Below, piece by piece: positions 17,254 through 20,424 of a DNA stretch of 20,424 nucleotides. Within the stretch, counting starts at the first letter, position 1. Each line of letters opens with the position of its first letter. This DNA is from Candidatus Methylomirabilota bacterium (GTDB lineage Bacteria > Methylomirabilota > Methylomirabilia > Rokubacteriales > CSP1-6), in NCBI GenBank assembly GCA_046726415.1, contig JBKPAK010000232.1, forward strand, positions 1-20,424. Reading direction: 5' to 3'. The notes beneath the pieces were generated by a model. It was not told the origin of the DNA, ran no database searches, and was given only the letters and a program-made list of their open reading frames with translations. The position numbers and the translations under genes were made by a program.

Positions 17254-17442
17254 GGCTGTCTGGCGGCGGTCGCCCGGTCCCTGGCCTCGATCACCGTGAC
17301 ATAATCTGCCAGACTCGGACGCTGGCCGCCCCAGGAGCCCGGCTGTCACAGCGGCGGTCGCCCGTCCCCGGCCTCGATCACCGTGACGTAATCTGCCCGA
17401 CTCGGACGCTGGCCGCCCCAGGAGCCCGCTGTCACAGCGGCG
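17254..17442. repeat. Tandem 87-bp direct repeat (two full copies plus a partial third)
   Basis: 17254-17340 and 17341-17427 share GGCCTCGATCACCGTGAC(A/G)TAATCTGCC(A/C)GACTCGGACGCTGGCCGCCCCAGGAGCCC. A partial GCTGTCACAGCGGCG lies at 17428-17442. Confidence 0.9.
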
Positions 17443-17493
17443 CGTGATGTCGTCGCTCATCCCGAGGATGGTGGCCGAGAGAGGGACCGCCGG

Positions 17494-18165
17494 TCATCGC
17501 AACTCCGGCCGCGTTGCGGCTAGGACGTCGATGGCGTACGCCACGTGGATGCACCCGCCCTCACGCCGTACGGGGATGCCGAGTCGGTCATCCTCGATGG
17601 CAGCGGAGAGGGTCTCGCGGATCGTGTCGATGTCCCCCGGCTGCGGAAAGCAGCGTTCGAGCAGGCTTTCCAACCCCATCTCCAGCCAGTACGACGTCAC
17701 ACGCGGTTCGCGCAGTCCCGCGCGGCGGAACAGCGCGCGGTGTTCGGCCAGGGGCAGAGCGCGGGTATGCGAAGGGTCGCGGAGTCGGCCTTGACGGGAT
17801 CGGATGAGGCCTGGGTGTCCACCACCATCACCGTGCCGCCGGGAGCACACACGCGCGTCATTTCGGCGAGCACGGCGGCGGGATCGGGGAAGTGGTGGAA
17901 GGCATAACTGGCAAGGACCAGCGTGAAGGCGCCATCCGTGAAGGGCAGCGGCAACACGTCGCCGAGCTTCCAGGTCACGTTAGTGCGCGCCAGGTCCCTT
18001 TGAAGAGCCCGGGCGCGCTCGAGCATGGCTGGCGTAATGTCAATACCGGTGGCCTGGCGCACGACCCGTGCGAAGGCACACACGACGTGACCGGCCCCAC
18101 AGGCAACGTCGAGCAGCGTGTCCTCCGGCCCCGCGCCACTCCACGTGACGATGAGCTGAAGCGAG
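17494..18165 (-). pseudogene. Class I SAM-dependent methyltransferase, N-terminally truncated and frameshifted near 17788
   Basis: LLDVACGAG (motif I), GIDITPAML, GDVLPLPFTDGAF and FHHFPDPAAVLAEMTRVCAPGG in one frame. It continues as RLRDPSHTRAL...AYAIDVLAATRPELR* in the frame of ORF 17494-17850. Confidence 0.8.
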
Positions 18166-18640
18166 AGACGACAAAATTTGCTCAGCGTTCTCGTTAGGGA
18201 GCGGATCGAGTCGCAGCTGGGTGTAGTACGGCTTGTTCGCCCAGCGATGCTGGTACTCAGGTCGATAGTTGACAAGCAGGAGCGTTCGCGCACCGAGCAG
18301 GCTGTCGACGAGACTATCCAACACAGCTTGGGTTTCGGAGTCCATCCAGTGGAGGTTCTCTACGGCTAAAAGGAGCGGCTGCAACAGGCTCTGGCGGATC
18401 ATCAGACGCTTAACGGCGTCCAGCGTCTGCTGACGGCGCTGAGCGGGGCAATTGCGGCCCACTGCGCGTCGACCATCGGAGGTCGAAGACGGCAAGCAGC
18501 GATGGGAGCATCGTCTCGACCGGCAGGTCAAGCAACAGAAGGTGGTCTGTAAGTTTCTGACGGACCATTGACGGATCGTCCCGATCCTCGACCTGGAGAT
18601 AGCTCTTCAAGAGGTGGATCACAGCGAGATACGGGGCATA
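18165..18640 (-). pseudogene. Internal fragment of a second STAND ATPase/cyclase-type protein, frameshifted near 18470
   Basis: PYLAVIHLLKSYLQVEDRDD..., then QRRQQTLDAVKRLMIRQSLLQPLLLAVENLHWMDSETQ...LLLVNYRPEY. This is homologous to ...RESALRPVILVVENMHWIDD...LALTTRPG of the 10606-14232 protein. Confidence 0.8.
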
Positions 18641-19368
18641 GATGGGGATGAAGCGGCTGACCCCCTCACTCAACGTGATGGCATAGAGTCGCCCCACATA
18701 GAGACACGCGGTCGGAGCCGCAGGAGTGGGAGGCCAGCCATGGATCATATTGGCATCGACGTCCATAAGAGGGATAGCCAGATCTGTATCCTGGCCGAGG
18801 AGGGGGAACTGCTTGAGCGCCGGGTCCGGACGGAGCCGGGCCGATTCGCCGAGATGCTGGGCCACCGGCCGCGGGCCCGGATCCTGATCGAGTCCGCGAC
18901 AGAGAGCGAGTGGGTGGCGCGGTGCTGCGAGGCGCTGGGGCACGAGGTCATCGTCGCCGACCCCAACTTCGCGCCGATGTACGCGCAACGCAGTCGAAAG
19001 GTGAAGACGGATCGGCGCGATGCGCGGGCGTTGGCCGAGGCGTGTGTGTTGGGGGCCTATCGGCGGGCTCATCGACTGTCCGATGAGCAACGCCATGTGC
19101 GGGCCCGCCTCACCGTGCGCGACGCCCTGGTGCGGACGCGCACCGGCTACATCGCGGTGATCCGGTCGCTGCTGCGGCAGCATGGCTGGCGCATCCGGAG
19201 CGGAGGGGTTGAAGCCTTTATCCCGCGTGTGGTCGAGTTGCCGCTGCCCGGGCGATTGCTCTCGGAGCTCGGTCCGCTCTTGGCGGTGATGCGCCAAGTG
19301 AACCAGCAGCTGGCGTACGCGGAGGAGCGGATCGAGGCCGTGACCCGGGCGGACGGCCGTGTTCGAGG
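18637..19368 (+). mobile_element. IS110-family element: left non-coding end plus N-terminal DEDD (RuvC-like) half of the recombinase (ATG 18740), truncated
   Basis: Manual translation from ATG 18740 (GGGAGG RBS): MDHIGIDVHKRDSQICILAEEGELLERRVRT...ILIESATESEWVARCCEALGHEVIVADPNFAPMYAQRSRKVKTDRRDARALAE. The D-E-D-D residues are present. Similarity ends at ...EAVTRADGRVR, before the C-terminal serine-containing domain. Missed by the ORF track because the frame has no stop in the window. Confidence 0.88.
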
Positions 19369-19740
19369 GCAGGGTGGCGCGGTTTCAGTGCGAGGGCTGC
19401 GGGCGCGGGCACCTGGTGCCGTTTTCGTGCAAGGGGCGCGGGTGGTGTCCGAGCTGTGGGGGCCGGCGGATGACGGAGCGGGCCGCTCATCTGGTGGACG
19501 CGGTGCTGCCGTGGGTGCCGGTGCGCCAGTGGGTCCTGACGGTGCCGTATCGGCTGCGCTATCGGCTGGCGTGGAATCACGGGCTGAGCCGCGCGGTGCT
19601 TCGGGTATATACGCGCGTCCTGCTCGGCGTGTACGCGCGCGGCGCTGGCGCGCGCGGCGTGCCGGGTGGCCGCACCGGCAGCGTCACCGTGTTGCAGCGC
19701 GCGAGCGGCGCGTTGAACGCGAACCTGCATTTTCACACCG
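19359..19740 (+). mobile_element. IS91-like (Y2/HUH rolling-circle) transposase internal fragment
   Basis: Zinc-binding CEGC...PFSCKGRGWCPSCGGRRM, LPWVPVRQWVLTVPYRLRY and LQRASGALNANLHFHT (HUH motif); both ends are missing. Confidence 0.85.
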
Positions 19741-20066
19741 GCTCTTCGAACGGATGGAGCGGTGGTCTACTACCGATGACCCGGACCCGGCGCTGGTGCG
19801 ACTCGCGGCGGAGGCTCGGGCTGGATCGGGCTCAGTTCACCGCCTGCTTGACGAGCCGCAAGGCACTGGAGCGGATTCTGCGCGACCTGTACGACGGGCA
19901 AGCTCTCGGCGTCAAGACTCTTCCGCTGTTCATCCTGATCCACGGCGGGACGGGACACATCCTCACGGGCACGCGTTCGCCCGAGCAGTTTGCGGCCACA
20001 TTGCAGCAGCAGCTCGAGAATGCGAACTCAGGAGTGACGGGCGGCGGCCCGTCGGCGAGGCCGTGA
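19736..20066 (+). pseudogene. C-terminal half of a DsbA-family (thioredoxin-fold) protein, frameshifted near 19815
   Basis: HRLFERMERWSTTDDPDPALVRLAAE in one frame, then LGLDRAQFTACLTSRKALERILRDLYDGQALGVKTLPLF in another. The CxxC-bearing N-terminus is absent. Confidence 0.65.
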
Positions 20067-20125
20067 TGCGGCACCCGGGGAGTTCTTCGCCGGGACGGCT
20101 TGAAGTGCCCCTGGAAGGGGAGACG

Positions 20126-20424
20126 TCAGACAAGGTGCTTCTCCTGGGTGTAGAGAGCCAACTCGACGCGGCTGCTGATCTTGAGCTTCTCGTAAATCTT
20201 GTGCAGGTGCATCTTAACTGTGCCCTCACAGATGTTCAGCCGTTGGGCAATGGCCGCGTTGCGGAACCCGCGGCCTACCAGCTGCGCGATCTCGAGCTCG
20301 CGCGGTGTGAGGAGAGCCGACGCCTCGCGCTCTCCCGCTGCTCGCCGCATCAGCTTGTCGACCGCCTGACCAAACGACTGGCGCTCCAGCCACCGCTCCC
20401 CCGCATGGACCTTCCGGATGGCCT
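20126..20424 (-). CDS. NarL/FixJ-family response regulator, 3' part (5' end outside the window)
   Basis: AIRKVHAGERWLE (end of receiver domain), then the LuxR HTH LTPRELEIAQLVGRGFRNAAIAQRLNICEGTVKMHLHKIYEKLKISSRVELALY. Confidence 0.88.
   Translation of the reverse strand, partial: AIRKVHAGERWLERQSFGQAVDKLMRRAAGEREASALLTPRELEIAQLVGRGFRNAAIAQRLNICEGTVKMHLHKIYEKLKISSRVELALYTQEKHLV

Noticed and set aside
17254..17442. CRISPR array or ECF41-type TGTCACA-N16-CGTC promoter
   Set aside because: The units are contiguous with no unique spacers and no cas genes are present; TGTCACA-to-CGTC spacing is 12 or 14 nt, not 16.
19359..20066. 235-aa ORF as a genuine IS91 transposase-DsbA fusion protein
   Set aside because: Both parts are incomplete (no catalytic Tyr region, no CxxC) and the DsbA portion is itself frameshifted, so the continuous frame is coincidental.

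Overview
GC-rich bacterial accessory region. The gene content (STAND-type cyclases, a DUF418-amidase pair, small helical hypothetical proteins) suggests a Candidatus Rokubacteria/Methylomirabilota-like host; this is inference. Left to right: the start of a divergent gene, then a LuxR-family regulator with a perfect 7-2-7-type palindrome upstream and a ~120-nt hairpin element downstream. Next is an MNT-HEPN pair translationally coupled to a frameshifted third gene. A sigma54-like promoter precedes a 962-aa secreted metzincin-type zinc protease and a small Cys-containing secreted partner. A convergent minus-strand operon follows (zinc ribbon-class III cyclase-STAND ATPase-TPR protein, DUF418 membrane protein, amidase), then a secreted 'CPNPNW' protein with a decayed paralog 1 kb upstream. 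From ~16.8 to 20.1 kb lies a mosaic of truncated genes: NADP oxidoreductase, SAM methyltransferase, a second STAND fragment, the N-terminal half of an IS110 recombinase (absent from the ORF track), an IS91-like transposase fragment and a DsbA C-terminus. The window ends in the 3' part of a NarL-type regulator. The most notable signals are a bridge-RNA-like IS110 left end whose loop repeats the insertion-junction sequence, the secreted metzincin plus partner, and an unusual C-terminal domain on the STAND cyclase. No rRNA, tRNA or CRISPR array was seen.
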